The notes under the pieces are model-generated. The model searched no databases. It saw only the letters and a program-made list of their open reading frames with translations, and was not told the origin of the DNA. Made by a program: the position numbers and the translations under genes. Shown piece after piece: positions 1 to 10,926 of a stretch of DNA of 64,000 bases; the stretch's first letter is position 1, and the number at the start of each line of letters is the position of its first letter. Source of the DNA: Limisphaerales bacterium (GTDB lineage: Bacteria > Verrucomicrobiota > Verrucomicrobiia > Limisphaerales > JAJOIW01); the NCBI GenBank assembly GCA_965657355.1, contig CBFHOE010000009.1, positions 96,001-160,000 on the forward strand. The letters are read 5' to 3'.

Positions 1-1262
1 TTATGAAGAAGTCTTTCTCTCGCATCTAACCAGCTGTTTAGTTCCTCCATTTTTTCATTCCCATATTTTTTTTGAACCAACTCGTGAAATCCAGGAAAGC
101 TTTCAATCCCAGGCGGCGCTTCTATTGTCTTTTTTCTTTGGCTGGATAATTTATCCCTAAGTTCCTGTTTTAATATCTGAGATTTTTCTGAGGCTTCTTT
201 GCGAGTGATTTTTTTCTCTCTAATGAGTTTTCTTAATTTGTCCATCTCAGCGCGATAATTATCATTCATCTCTTTATTAAAATTAGACAAGGTCCTCGGC
301 TTATTTTGCTCGATGTATGTATTAATGACTTCTTTAAACTCATTTGAAAGGCTTATATCCATGTTATCCGAAATGAGGCTTAGCAATAGTTCCGCCCTTG
401 CTTGCGCGATCTCGGCTTTTTGTTCCTGGTTAAGACTAAGGTTTTTTTTGGTTTTATTTTCACTAAAGGCAGCCTTCCTTTTTGTGCTTATGGCATCCAA
501 TGCTTTTTGAGCTTCATCGCGGGGCAATTCAGTCTTATAAAATGACCTGATGATTTCTTTCTCCATGGAGTTATAAAATGTTGAAAGGAATCGATTCGAT
601 TTCCGGGAGGATTTTGAAATATTGTATAATTTTTCCCAAACTACTTTTTGCTTTTTGGATAAAACCTCGCTTATTTCCTGCTCAGGCAAAATCAATGAAA
701 GGATCCCCATTGCCTCTACGACATCGTATATCAGATAGTTAGAAGTGATCATCATGTCAGAAACGGTCTTCCGACTTATGATCTCATGTATTTGGACCAT
801 TTGCTCTGATGTCAGAAATAAGTGATGGTTCAACCAATAAACAAACAATTGAATTGTCGCTTCTTTATCTCGAATTTTTCGCTCAAAATGATTTCCGGAT
901 ACAGCGGCAAGTCGGGTAGGCACAATAAACGAAAACGTATCAGATTCCACGTTTGGGTGCATGTATAAGAGCTCGATGAAATGATTAGCATCTCCACTTG
1001 TAAAAAAAATGGGAGAAAAATCATCACGCATTATCATCCGGGTTGTTTTGACGAGAACTTTTTCCAGTCGCTCAATGTTTTCCTTCGAATGCCCCAGCCA
1101 ACGCCCGTCAAGATTAGCAAGGTGATTCGCGACTGGGGCAAAGAGTGTTTCTAACCTCTTCGACTCTTTTAAATCAACCCCTGGCGTCTCTCGGCTTGTA
1201 AAAACGAAAATAAAGCAACCTAAAAGCAGTGCTAATTTATTAAATCTTTGAGATGTTTTCAT
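1..1262 (-). CDS. Hypothetical secreted, helix-rich protein; 3' end runs off the window
   Basis: Not in the ORF track. Manual translation from ATG at 1262 (MKTSQRFNKLALLLGCFIFVFTSRE...) stays open for about 420 codons to the left edge (...LDARERLLH). The N-terminus looks like a signal peptide. Confidence 0.75.
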   Translation of the reverse strand, partial: MKTSQRFNKLALLLGCFIFVFTSRETPGVDLKESKRLETLFAPVANHLANLDGRWLGHSKENIERLEKVLVKTTRMIMRDDFSPIFFTSGDANHFIELLYMHPNVESDTFSFIVPTRLAAVSGNHFERKIRDKEATIQLFVYWLNHHLFLTSEQMVQIHEIISRKTVSDMMITSNYLIYDVVEAMGILSLILPEQEISEVLSKKQKVVWEKLYNISKSSRKSNRFLSTFYNSMEKEIIRSFYKTELPRDEAQKALDAISTKRKAAFSENKTKKNLSLNQEQKAEIAQARAELLLSLISDNMDISLSNEFKEVINTYIEQNKPRTLSNFNKEMNDNYRAEMDKLRKLIREKKITRKEASEKSQILKQELRDKLSSQRKKTIEAPPGIESFPGFHELVQKKYGNEKMEELNSWLDARERLLH

Positions 1263-1293
1263 TTGATTTTCTTGTTTATTATACGTCTGGGAT

Positions 1294-2625
1294 TTAGTCA
1301 AAGTTAAGTATCGATTGCCCCCTAGCAGGCATTTGATTCAGAGATTTCGCCAAGCTTTGAATAATAGGATCTGAGACCTCCTGAGAAGAAATAGAATTTT
1401 TTTCCATAATGTCATTCGATAGATCGTAAATCTCCCCCGTTTGATAGAGCTTCCACCGCTTATTGCGAACGAATGCTTTTGGCTCTCCTTTCTCCGGCCT
1501 GGGCCAATAGTAAATATAAATACTGTCTCTAGGATTTCCCTCAAGGCCTTTCAACTGTGGGTAAAAGCTTCTTCCATCGGTTGGCATTGTGTTCTTTATA
1601 CCCGTAGCGTCTGCGATAGTTGGTAGGATATCGGAGAACTCAATTAGATCGTCCATGACAGTGCCAGGTGGGACATTACCCGGTTGATAAGCAAAAAATC
1701 CAACTCGAGTACCGGCATCCGTAGTCTTTCCCTTACCTCCTTGGACAATTGTGTTTTCCATCAAAGATTTAATAGTAGTGTGAGTTCCATTGTCTCCAGT
1801 CACAAGAATAAGAGTCCTCTCCGCAATGCCAAGCTCCTCGGTTTTAGAGACAATCTTTCCTATTAATTTGTCCATGTAGTAAACCATATCTGCAAAATTC
1901 CTCTGCTTATCTTTACTGTTTCTATCCGAGCTGTCGGGAGTGGGAACAAAAGGAGAATGAACTAATGCCATTGGATAATAGATAAAAAAGGGTTTATCCT
2001 TATATTCTTCCATCCTATCCAAGAGAAACTGGCAATACACGTCTGGTCCATATGTTTCTTTCCCAAAGTTTTTGGTCTGCCCGTCAATCCTAATCGTCGG
2101 CCCCCAAAAGCGATTGCCTAATTTTTCAACTTGCCATAAGCAATGCCTGTCGAAGCCAGCCTTTTCAGGCAGCGTTCCTTTGGCTTTAAATTTCTCTTTA
2201 TAATGCTCAGCTCCAAAGAGCTGCCACTTTCCAGCGACGATAGTTTTATAGCCAGCACCTTGCATCATGTGGCCGAATGTTTTTTCAGAGCGCCGTAGTA
2301 TTCCAAATCCGGCATAATTTCTAACATTTCTGAGGCCCGTCATCGCTTTCACCCTGGTCGGCGTGCAAATAGGGTTGGAATAGGCATGATTAAATCGCAT
2401 TCCTTTGCTTGCCAATCGGTTGAGGACAGGAGTTTTATATGATTGACCACCATATGATTGATAGCACTCATAACCAATATCATCTGCCATAATAAATATG
2501 ACATTAGTTTTTTGGTCACAATAGACTCCGCTTATTCCATGAATAGAAATCCATAAAACAAAAAAAATTATCTTTACCACATTTGAAATTCCAAATTGCA
2601 TCCGCTTTATAAAATTCACGACCAA
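1294..2625 (-). CDS. Sulfatase (formylglycine-dependent, S1 family)
   Basis: Motifs NVIFIMADD, CTPTR, GKWQL, GDNG; hydrophobic N-terminus. The true start may be ATG at 2601. Confidence 0.93.
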   Translation of the reverse strand: MVVNFIKRMQFGISNVVKIIFFVLWISIHGISGVYCDQKTNVIFIMADDIGYECYQSYGGQSYKTPVLNRLASKGMRFNHAYSNPICTPTRVKAMTGLRNVRNYAGFGILRRSEKTFGHMMQGAGYKTIVAGKWQLFGAEHYKEKFKAKGTLPEKAGFDRHCLWQVEKLGNRFWGPTIRIDGQTKNFGKETYGPDVYCQFLLDRMEEYKDKPFFIYYPMALVHSPFVPTPDSSDRNSKDKQRNFADMVYYMDKLIGKIVSKTEELGIAERTLILVTGDNGTHTTIKSLMENTIVQGGKGKTTDAGTRVGFFAYQPGNVPPGTVMDDLIEFSDILPTIADATGIKNTMPTDGRSFYPQLKGLEGNPRDSIYIYYWPRPEKGEPKAFVRNKRWKLYQTGEIYDLSNDIMEKNSISSQEVSDPIIQSLAKSLNQMPARGQSILNFD

Positions 2626-2763
2626 GGATTTTATTTAATCTACCGGATTTCATTCCAAAGCATAAGAGCAAAGAGCGAATATAATGGTAATTTTTTTATT
2701 TCCTAAGAGGAAGATGACATAACATTGAATATCATATATAAAATTCAAAAGATCCCAGTATTT

Positions 2764-4347
2764 ATGAGAAATCTTTCTTTTTTGCTTTTAACAGCTCTTA
2801 CTCTTTTAAATTCCGGAGTTGAGCTCAAGGCTGCGCAGCTTCCCAACATTGTGATCATTTATAGCGATGACCTTGGGTATGGCGACTTGTCAGTTTATAA
2901 TCCAGCATCGGCCTATAAAACTCCCAGGTTAGACCAAATGGCCAAGGAGGGCATCATGTTCCTCGACGCCCATAGCCCATCGACAATTTGTTCACCATCA
3001 AGATACGGCCTTTATTCTGGCCAGCAGGTATGCAGGACAGGTAGACGGACTACCGCATTTGAGGGACCTGGAGGGCCCAGTTATATAAAACCGGGTGAAA
3101 TGTCGATAGCTGACATGCTTAAAAAGTCAGGATATCGAACAGGCGTTTTCGGAAAATGGCACGTCGGCCTGACATGGTATGATAAAAACGGCAAGCGTCT
3201 TGGTGGAGGATTCAAAAACTCGTTGCTCATAGATTATGAGAAAAGCACTCCACTTGAGGATGGCCCAAACACCCGAGGATTTGACGAATCCTTTATTACG
3301 CCTAATTGTCCAACCACGGACCCTCTGTACATTTATATAGAAAACGGCATGGTTCCAGAACCAGCAAGTCAGAGGCATAAAAGAGATAATCTACCTAACC
3401 ATGATGGAAAATGGAGATGGGATAATGATGAGGGGTGGATGGCTCCCAATTACGACTTTCTCAATGCTGACATTGTGTTTTATGACAAAACAATGGACTT
3501 CATCAAAAGGCACCAACAAAGTCATCCTGAAAAACCATTTTTTGCTGTTTATTCAACTCAAATTTGTCACGCACCAGTCTTACCTAATGAGGAATTTAAT
3601 GGTAAATCCACAGGTGGCCCAAGAGGTGATTTTGTTTTGGAACTTGATACCCTCGTGGGACGTGTCCTCGATTCATTGAAAAAAATGGGTATAGACCAAA
3701 ATACTCTAGTTATTTTTAATTCAGATAATGGTCCTGAGACGCTGCACACGCTTTGGATGAAAGAGGATTATAACCATGATGCCTCAGGTGGATTCAAAGG
3801 AATGAAAAGGGATGGCTGGGAAGGAGGCCATAGAGTCCCGTTTATTGCGCGATGGCCGAAGATGATTCCAGGAGGAAAAGTCTCTAACCAACTTATCAAC
3901 ACCACAGATATTTTTGCTACTCTCGCCTCCATTGTTGGATATGAACTTCCTGAAAATGTGGCCGTAGATAGTTTTGATATGCTTTCTGTTTTTCTTGGTC
4001 ATAGAGATGATTCAATGCCAGTTAGGCCTTACATGCTAACTCAAAGTTTTAGAGGAGAATTTCAACTCAGAGTTGGTTCTTGGAAGTTTCTGAATCATAA
4101 GGGATCCGGGGGAAACAACTACAAAAAGGGAAATTTAAAATCGTTCAATTTTACCCACTCTGAACCTGATGCCGATGGACAACTCTACAACCTCGCAGAT
4201 GACCCCAAAGAAAGAAAAAACCTTTACTTCTCAAACGAGGAAAAAAGAAATGAAATGAAAGCTCTATTGGCCGAACTGACTGACAATGAATCTGGAAGAT
4301 CAGCCCCGAGGATCAGAAAACCAATCGACATTCGAAAGTTGAAATAG
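2764..4347 (+). CDS. Sulfatase (arylsulfatase A-like)
   Basis: Motifs PNIVIIYSDDLGYGD, CSPSR, GKWHVG, SDNG, EGGHRVP. Signal peptide from ATG 2764 (track start TTG 2725). Confidence 0.94.
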   Translation: MRNLSFLLLTALTLLNSGVELKAAQLPNIVIIYSDDLGYGDLSVYNPASAYKTPRLDQMAKEGIMFLDAHSPSTICSPSRYGLYSGQQVCRTGRRTTAFEGPGGPSYIKPGEMSIADMLKKSGYRTGVFGKWHVGLTWYDKNGKRLGGGFKNSLLIDYEKSTPLEDGPNTRGFDESFITPNCPTTDPLYIYIENGMVPEPASQRHKRDNLPNHDGKWRWDNDEGWMAPNYDFLNADIVFYDKTMDFIKRHQQSHPEKPFFAVYSTQICHAPVLPNEEFNGKSTGGPRGDFVLELDTLVGRVLDSLKKMGIDQNTLVIFNSDNGPETLHTLWMKEDYNHDASGGFKGMKRDGWEGGHRVPFIARWPKMIPGGKVSNQLINTTDIFATLASIVGYELPENVAVDSFDMLSVFLGHRDDSMPVRPYMLTQSFRGEFQLRVGSWKFLNHKGSGGNNYKKGNLKSFNFTHSEPDADGQLYNLADDPKERKNLYFSNEEKRNEMKALLAELTDNESGRSAPRIRKPIDIRKLK

Positions 4348-4384
4348 TCCCCCACGTTCTGTTCCTACGACAGACTGATTTAAA

Positions 4385-5806
4385 TTATGCCAGTAATTCC
4401 CTGATGACTCGTCCCCCGAATTGGCTGAGCTGCTTGTAACGCCCACCATGAAAATAGGTAAGCTTATTATCATCCAGACCTAATAACTTAAGAAGAGTTA
4501 CATGAAAATCTCTGATAGGGTGCACAACATCCACTGCTTCAGCGCCTAATTCGTCGGTACCACCAACTACAGCCCCGCGTTTTACTCCACCTCCAGCAAG
4601 AAGCATGGTCATGGCATCAACATTGTGCCCCCGCCCCAGTGAGTAAACCCCTCCCCTTTTGTTATTATCGGGAGTTCTACCGAACTCACCGGTCCAGATA
4701 ACTAAGGTGTCTTCCAACATGCCCCGCTGTTTTAGATCTTTAATTAAAGCGGCCATTGGCTGGTCTACACTATTGATCCGAGCGCTATGCCCCCTTTCAA
4801 GATAATCATGACTATCCCATCCACCCGAAAATATCTGGACAAATCTTACTCCTTTTTCAACGAGCCTTCTCGCCATGAGGCATTGTTCGCCAAAGCGTTT
4901 TGTATCTTTACCATTTATACCATACATTTCTTTGGTCGCTTCGGACTCCCCTTGCATGTCCATAACTGATGGGACTTCCATTTGCATCCGATAAGCTAGC
5001 TCATATGATTCCATCCGAGCTAAGAGATCTGAATTAAACGAATTTCTTTCAAAGTGTTTTTTATTCAGGAACGATAAGGCGTCCAATGCTTGTCTCTGAT
5101 GCTCTCTCGTCTTAAATTTCTGTGAGGTAATATCAAGAATAGGCGATCCTTCAGGCCGTAATCTAGTTCCCTGGTAAAATGCAGGCAAAAATCCATTAGC
5201 CCAATTTCTTGATCCCCCCTGAGGCATTGCAAGTTCAGTTAAAACAACATAACCAGGTAAGTTCTGATTGACAGTTCCAAGCCCGTAATTAACCCAAGCG
5301 CCAATAGAGGGGTCTGCTCCAAGCCTCGACCCGGTGTTCATATGAAACAGAGCTTCAGGGTGATTTAGAGACTCCGCCTGGCACCCTCTGTAGTTGCAGA
5401 GTTCGTCTGCAATATAAGGATCACTTAAATGCTTCCATTGGTCACACATTTCAATTCCAGACTGTCCTACCTTTTTAAAATTGAATGGGCTTCCTACAAA
5501 AAACTTGTACCCAGTCTCAAGCCCAGCAGCTATTTTTGATTCGGTTTTATGGAGTTCTCTCAATTTGGGCTTGGGATCAAAAGTATCCATGTGCCCGGGC
5601 CCACCCTCCATGAAAAGCATGATAACATTCTTAGCTCGAGGAGAAAATTGCGCAGGTTTGCTTGATAATGGATTTGTGTCTTTCAAACCATCACTGGCCA
5701 ACATTTTTGTGAAGGCTAATGAGCCCAGTGAAGCACCTAAACCGTACAAAAACTGTCGGCGAGTCACTTCAGAGGAATAAGGGCGAGAACATAATGTTTT
5801 ACTCAT
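4385..5806 (-). CDS. DUF1501 domain-containing protein
   Basis: Tat-like TRRQFL; AKNVIMLFMEGGPGHMDTFDPKP, CLMARRLVEKGVRFVQ, GWDSH, DLKQRGMLEDTLVIWTGEFGRTP. Lies directly downstream of a PSD1 gene, the usual PVC pairing. Confidence 0.92.
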   Translation of the reverse strand: MSKTLCSRPYSSEVTRRQFLYGLGASLGSLAFTKMLASDGLKDTNPLSSKPAQFSPRAKNVIMLFMEGGPGHMDTFDPKPKLRELHKTESKIAAGLETGYKFFVGSPFNFKKVGQSGIEMCDQWKHLSDPYIADELCNYRGCQAESLNHPEALFHMNTGSRLGADPSIGAWVNYGLGTVNQNLPGYVVLTELAMPQGGSRNWANGFLPAFYQGTRLRPEGSPILDITSQKFKTREHQRQALDALSFLNKKHFERNSFNSDLLARMESYELAYRMQMEVPSVMDMQGESEATKEMYGINGKDTKRFGEQCLMARRLVEKGVRFVQIFSGGWDSHDYLERGHSARINSVDQPMAALIKDLKQRGMLEDTLVIWTGEFGRTPDNNKRGGVYSLGRGHNVDAMTMLLAGGGVKRGAVVGGTDELGAEAVDVVHPIRDFHVTLLKLLGLDDNKLTYFHGGRYKQLSQFGGRVIRELLA

Positions 5807-5821
5807 ATCTTATATCCTTGG

Positions 5822-8710
5822 TTAATTTAGATATATAAATTCATTGCTGTTAAAAAGAAGAAGGCAAATGTCAGCTAGTGCCCTAGTTTTTGGACTGACC
5901 TCATGCGCCTGAGCATCAGATTGGTAATCATGAAAAACGGGCAGAATTTCCTCATATTTAAATGGCTTTCCAGAAAACTCCTCAACCAATTCTCTCGTGA
6001 CTGAGGTTGGATACATTCGTTTTTCTGGTTTGTTTTTCTGATGGTATTTCTCCATTTTTTTTAGATACATTTCGAGATAGCTCAATTCGTCTTCCATAGG
6101 AGGGCGCCCGTAGGCCAACCGAATTGCCTGAGTGATTTGACCTCTGTCATTTTCAGCTAATGCCTCCAATCTCAAAGCAAATGCTATGGACCTATCAGTT
6201 ACTTGGTCACTATTCAGTAATGAAAAAACTTGTGGGGAGACGGCTGCACTATCCCGTTCTTCACATGAATCATTAGGATTTGGTAGATTAAATATTTCCA
6301 TGAAAGGATCAGCCAAACCACGGATGCGATACATATAAATACTTCTACGATGTCTCTGTTCTGGCTTAGGTGATGGCTGGTAAGCTGGCGCGATTGAAAA
6401 TTGAATCATTCGAGGCTGAAGAGCCACTTCAATATTCATTTCAGGCATTGACGGGGTTCCCCCCGTCGAATAATTGAGTTCTCCGCTGATGGCGAGCATG
6501 GAATCTCGAATCTCTTCTGCCGACAACCTTCTTGATGGATAATATGAAAGAAGTTCATTGTCCGGATCGATCTGATTCAATAAATCAATATCTTTGTGGG
6601 ATGCAGACATCATGTATGTCTCTGATGTCATGATCAGCTTATGCAGTTTTTTAAAACGGCCTCCGCCATTGATGAACTCACGCGCTAGCCAATCGAGTAG
6701 TTCAGGATGGGTTGGTTTCTTTCCCTTTACCCCGAAATTATTAGGGTTACCGGCGATCGGCTTTCCAAAATGATATTGCCAAACACGATTAATTATAGAC
6801 CTACTCGTAAGTGGATTATCCGGACTCGCAATCCAACGAGCCAATTGAAGCCTGCGGCCAGCGAGGTCTTTTGTGATAGCAAATGGATCCCCTTCATTCG
6901 GGTTTGACCTCACCCCTAAGGCACTTAAGACCCCAGGAGATACTTTTTCACCAGGAGCCTCCAGTGCTCCCCCAAGAAGTATATGACTTTCAGGCCTCCA
7001 GTTTGCTTTGATAGCCTGCGGAGCTCGAAGTTTACGTGCGTTAAGGTAATTAGGAACAGGGCCATTGTATACGCTCTGCACCATTGGTTCGTATCGTTCG
7101 AGCCTTCTGTTCCAGATCCATTCGTCCTGTTCACGAACTTTAAGCCTTCCTTGGTCGATATGATCCAAACCCACATGCCTTGGTGGCTTCTCTGCATCAG
7201 GGAGACTTTTCCTTTCTTTATGCCCGACGTATTCCTTGCCGTGCGCATTATACCACCCTTTCGCCGCGGCTTCTCTTTTGGCAACTAAATGATTTTTCTT
7301 TTCTTTTGCAAACCCTAGTAATTTTCCTACTAGTTCTTTGCCTTCCTTGAAGCCTTGTTTATTTTCTGACGATAAAAAGGGGGCCGGCCGCTCGGCAAGT
7401 TGGGTTCCTTCAAATACGGCGTAGAACCTGTAATAATCTCGCGTGGGTATCGGGTCGAATTTATGGTCATGACATTTAACACATCTCAAGGTCATAGAAA
7501 GAAAAGTCTGACCCACAGAGTTTATGATATCATCAATATAAATTTGCCTTGCTTCGGGCTTTTTAACCATGGCTGGATCCCATGGCCCCATTCGAAGAAA
7601 ACCACTTGCTACAAGATGCTCACTTTCCTTCTCGTTATATCGCCCCTGTGCCCTTGCCACCCTGAAGTCTGAGATTTTTTCAACTCGCTCACGAAGCGAT
7701 TGGTCTGCCAGTTCGTCGCCAGCAATCTGTTCAACAATAAAATTATTGTATGGCTTATCATTATTGAAAGAGCGAATAACATAGTCTCGGTATCGCCAGG
7801 CATTAGATCTTTCGTAATCATTTGAATACCCGCCGGTATCGGCATAACGTGTAATGTCTAACCAATGCTGGGCCCACCTTTCTCCATATTGAGAACTGGC
7901 CAAAAGGTCGTCTATGAGGTCTGCCCAAGCTTTTTCCGGTGCTACTTTATATTCCTTTAAAAATGAATCCACCATGTTCGGGCTTGGAGGAAGACCGGTC
8001 AGATCATAGGTTGCCCTTCTTATAAGTTCTCTGGGTGTGGCTCGCTTGGTTTTAGTAATGCCCTTAGTTTGATATTTTTTATTTACTAAATAATCTATGG
8101 GATGATCAGGCACTGTATTTTCCATCGCGATATTTTGTAGGGGTTGGAATGCCCAAATATCCTCTTTTTTATACCTTCTATAGGTCCAGCCATCACTCTG
8201 CCCACCAGAATTGCTTACGAGAATCCCATCTTCGTTTTCATAAACCTCACGCTCTTGAAGGTGAATAGCTTTTTGAATCTCTACACCGGGCCATGGCGCC
8301 CCACCGTCAATCCATTCTTCCAAATATGAAATTTGTTTATCTGTGAGTCGATCATTTTCTTTGGGAGGCATTTCATATTCTTTATCTTCCCATTTTACAG
8401 CCGTGATTAGAAAACTTTGTTTTGAAGCCCCAGGCACGAGCACGTTTTTAATAGTGTCACCACCGGCAAGAAATTGGCGACGTGAACTCATGTTAAAATT
8501 TCCCTTTACCTTTTTCTGAGTATCCCCATGGCACCCCAAACATTTATCTTTTAATATCGGCAGGACTTTGAGTGTAAAATGCCTATCTCCTTTTTCCCAG
8601 ACTTCAGCATTTAAATTCTGATTTACCAAAACAATCGCAACAAGGATTGCAATACAATTGCAGCCAAAATAAAAAACTGAACCTCTTTTTACCCGTGCCA
8701 AATTCATCAT
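5822..8710 (-). CDS. Planctomycete cytochrome c / DUF1549 / DUF1553 (PSD1) protein
   Basis: Heme motifs CLGCH and CVKCH(DHKFDPI); LIRRATYDLTGLPP, YGERWAQHWLD, NRVWQYHFG, PTHPELLDWLA, RRLSAEEIRD. Confidence 0.93.
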   Translation of the reverse strand: MMNLARVKRGSVFYFGCNCIAILVAIVLVNQNLNAEVWEKGDRHFTLKVLPILKDKCLGCHGDTQKKVKGNFNMSSRRQFLAGGDTIKNVLVPGASKQSFLITAVKWEDKEYEMPPKENDRLTDKQISYLEEWIDGGAPWPGVEIQKAIHLQEREVYENEDGILVSNSGGQSDGWTYRRYKKEDIWAFQPLQNIAMENTVPDHPIDYLVNKKYQTKGITKTKRATPRELIRRATYDLTGLPPSPNMVDSFLKEYKVAPEKAWADLIDDLLASSQYGERWAQHWLDITRYADTGGYSNDYERSNAWRYRDYVIRSFNNDKPYNNFIVEQIAGDELADQSLRERVEKISDFRVARAQGRYNEKESEHLVASGFLRMGPWDPAMVKKPEARQIYIDDIINSVGQTFLSMTLRCVKCHDHKFDPIPTRDYYRFYAVFEGTQLAERPAPFLSSENKQGFKEGKELVGKLLGFAKEKKNHLVAKREAAAKGWYNAHGKEYVGHKERKSLPDAEKPPRHVGLDHIDQGRLKVREQDEWIWNRRLERYEPMVQSVYNGPVPNYLNARKLRAPQAIKANWRPESHILLGGALEAPGEKVSPGVLSALGVRSNPNEGDPFAITKDLAGRRLQLARWIASPDNPLTSRSIINRVWQYHFGKPIAGNPNNFGVKGKKPTHPELLDWLAREFINGGGRFKKLHKLIMTSETYMMSASHKDIDLLNQIDPDNELLSYYPSRRLSAEEIRDSMLAISGELNYSTGGTPSMPEMNIEVALQPRMIQFSIAPAYQPSPKPEQRHRRSIYMYRIRGLADPFMEIFNLPNPNDSCEERDSAAVSPQVFSLLNSDQVTDRSIAFALRLEALAENDRGQITQAIRLAYGRPPMEDELSYLEMYLKKMEKYHQKNKPEKRMYPTSVTRELVEEFSGKPFKYEEILPVFHDYQSDAQAHEVSPKTRALADICLLLFNSNEFIYLN

Positions 8711-8820
8711 GCTCTATAGAAGAATATTAAAACAAATTTCTTTTCTAATTGCAAAGTATGAGAAAACAAATAATTTTAATTTCGAAACCACTTAAGTTAA
8801 ACAAAAACACCACAAAGCTA

Positions 8821-9516
8821 ATGGAACAGTACTCGATATCGGATTTCATTGAAAAAACCAAAAACAAAGAAAAAGGCCACGGTTTTTTCGAATTAGAAAC
8901 GGATAGAATTCTCGAAATTAATCTACACGGTTCTGTTTGGATCAAAAAAGGGGCTATGATTTCATATGAAGGCCAAATGAAATTCTCTCGAGAAGGATTT
9001 TTTGATCACGGCATGGGAAATCTCCTCAAAAAAATGGTTACCGGCGAAGGAACACAATTGACCATTGCCAAGGGCGAGGGTCGTTTGTTTGTGGCAGATA
9101 CCGGAAAAAAAATTACCATTCTAAAGTTGGAAAATGATAGCATCTACGTCAACGGAAATGATGTTTTAGCATTCGAAAACACCATTCAAAGTGACATAAA
9201 AATGATGAAAAAGATGTCAGCTATGCTCGCGGGGGGGTTATTTAATGTAAAGTTATCCGGAACTGGGTTAATTGCCATCACTTCTCATTATGACCCGGTT
9301 ACTCTATTGGTAGAGCATGGCAAACCGGTATCGACAGACCCAAATGCAACAGTCGCGTGGTCTGGTGGGGTAGAATCTTCATTTAAATCAGATGTTTCAT
9401 TGGGTACGTTTGTTGGCAGAGGTAGTGGGGATACCCTACAGATGGAATTTAAAGGCGAAGGATTTGTAGTCGTCCAACCTTATGAAGAGGTATATTTTCA
9501 AGCCTCAAAGCGATAG
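8821..9516 (+). CDS. AIM24 (DUF124) family protein
   Basis: VWIKKGAMISYEG, VNGNDVLAFE, GGLFNVKLSGTG, TDPNATVAWS, GRGSGD..QMEFKGEGFVVVQPYE. Likely ATG 8821 (track start 8749). Confidence 0.85.
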   Translation: MEQYSISDFIEKTKNKEKGHGFFELETDRILEINLHGSVWIKKGAMISYEGQMKFSREGFFDHGMGNLLKKMVTGEGTQLTIAKGEGRLFVADTGKKITILKLENDSIYVNGNDVLAFENTIQSDIKMMKKMSAMLAGGLFNVKLSGTGLIAITSHYDPVTLLVEHGKPVSTDPNATVAWSGGVESSFKSDVSLGTFVGRGSGDTLQMEFKGEGFVVVQPYEEVYFQASKR

Positions 9517-9540
9517 AAATTACTTTTAAGAAGTTTCGTT

Positions 9541-10926
9541 TTATTTTAGAAACCAGGAGAACATGTTACTTAAGTTTTTGGGTAATTCACGGTAGGGTGG
9601 GAATTTCATAGGAAAGTCGAAACCAGATTTTTTTTTAAAAACCGATTTGGAATAAGAAAAAGTTTCAAATCCGAATCGACCATGGTATCTGCCATAACCG
9701 CTCCTGTTGACACCCCCAAAAGGGAGATCTGCAGGGGTGGCTTGACCCAAAACATCGTTAATACACATGCTACCTGCCATGACTTTGTCTTGAAATTTTT
9801 TGGCAACTTTCCAGTCAGAAGTAAATATGTATGCAGATAGCGGATTGGGAAGATGCTGAATAGTTTTATAAACGTCTTCGAAATTGTCGTAACCTATAAC
9901 CGGAAGTATTGGGCCAAAAATTTCCTCCTCCATAATCTTATCATTTAGAGTAGCATTAGTTAAAATCGCTGTAGTGAAAAGTAGGTTATCTCTATTTCGT
10001 TCACCCCCTATTACATCTTTTGATTCGGATATCATAGCAGCAAGTCTATCAAAATGGTGATGATTAATGATCCTACAATAGCCTCTTTCATTCCCAACAT
10101 TGACGTCGATATTTGCAAAAAACTTCTTATAGGTTTCCTCCAAATGAGAGAGAAATTTGGATTTAATCGACTCTTCAACTAATACGTAATCCGGAGCAAT
10201 GCACGTTTGACCGGCGTTGACATATTTACCCCACATGATCCTTTTAGCAGCAGTTTTTAAATCCGCATCTTTATGAACGACGCATGGTGATTTCCCTCCC
10301 AGCTCTAAAGCGCATGGTATCATATTCGAAGCGGCAGCTTTGGCTACGATTTCTCCAACACTGTTGGATCCAGTAAAAAAAATAAAATCAAATGGGTAAT
10401 TAATGAGCTTTTCGGATGTCTCGGCACCTCCTTCTATTACATGGACTGGATTTTCGCCAAAGGCATCGTAGCAAAGTTGCCTGATGATCGAGGCAGTCTT
10501 TGGGGCGTACTCAGATGGTTTGATTACAATTTTGTTTCCAGCCGCTAAAGCTGCGACCAGAGGTGATAAAGATAATTGAATTGGATAATTCCAAGCCCCT
10601 AATACAAGTACGGCACCTCGTGGATAAAATTGATAAAAAGCTTTCCCCGGCTTCTGAATTTTTGGCACTTTTACGTATTTAGGTTTTGCCCAACTCTGCA
10701 AATGCCGGCACGCATGATCAATATCTCTTGTCACAAAACCGATTTCAGACGCATATATCTCGGCCAACGGCTTACCTAAATCACATTCAAGAGCATCCAC
10801 TAATCCGTCATGATTGTCATTTATGGATTTTTTAAGTCGCTTTAAATGAATAATCCTTTGTGTTAAATCAAGGCAACCCGCACCACCGTCCAGTTCTTTA
10901 AACGCAGAAAATTCGCTTTCAGTCAT
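9541..10926 (-). CDS. aldH: Aldehyde dehydrogenase, probable 4,4'-diapocarotenoid aldehyde dehydrogenase
   Basis: WNYP, KPSE, FTGS, LELGGKSP, AGQTCIAPDY, EEIFGP; last gene of the crt operon, overlapping crtO by 4 nt. Substrate inferred from context. Confidence 0.88.
   Translation of the reverse strand: MTESEFSAFKELDGGAGCLDLTQRIIHLKRLKKSINDNHDGLVDALECDLGKPLAEIYASEIGFVTRDIDHACRHLQSWAKPKYVKVPKIQKPGKAFYQFYPRGAVLVLGAWNYPIQLSLSPLVAALAAGNKIVIKPSEYAPKTASIIRQLCYDAFGENPVHVIEGGAETSEKLINYPFDFIFFTGSNSVGEIVAKAAASNMIPCALELGGKSPCVVHKDADLKTAAKRIMWGKYVNAGQTCIAPDYVLVEESIKSKFLSHLEETYKKFFANIDVNVGNERGYCRIINHHHFDRLAAMISESKDVIGGERNRDNLLFTTAILTNATLNDKIMEEEIFGPILPVIGYDNFEDVYKTIQHLPNPLSAYIFTSDWKVAKKFQDKVMAGSMCINDVLGQATPADLPFGGVNRSGYGRYHGRFGFETFSYSKSVFKKKSGFDFPMKFPPYRELPKNLSNMFSWFLK

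Noticed and set aside
1..3. TTA at the window start as the stop of the left-edge gene
   Set aside because: It is out of frame with the ATG at 1262; the gene continues past the edge.
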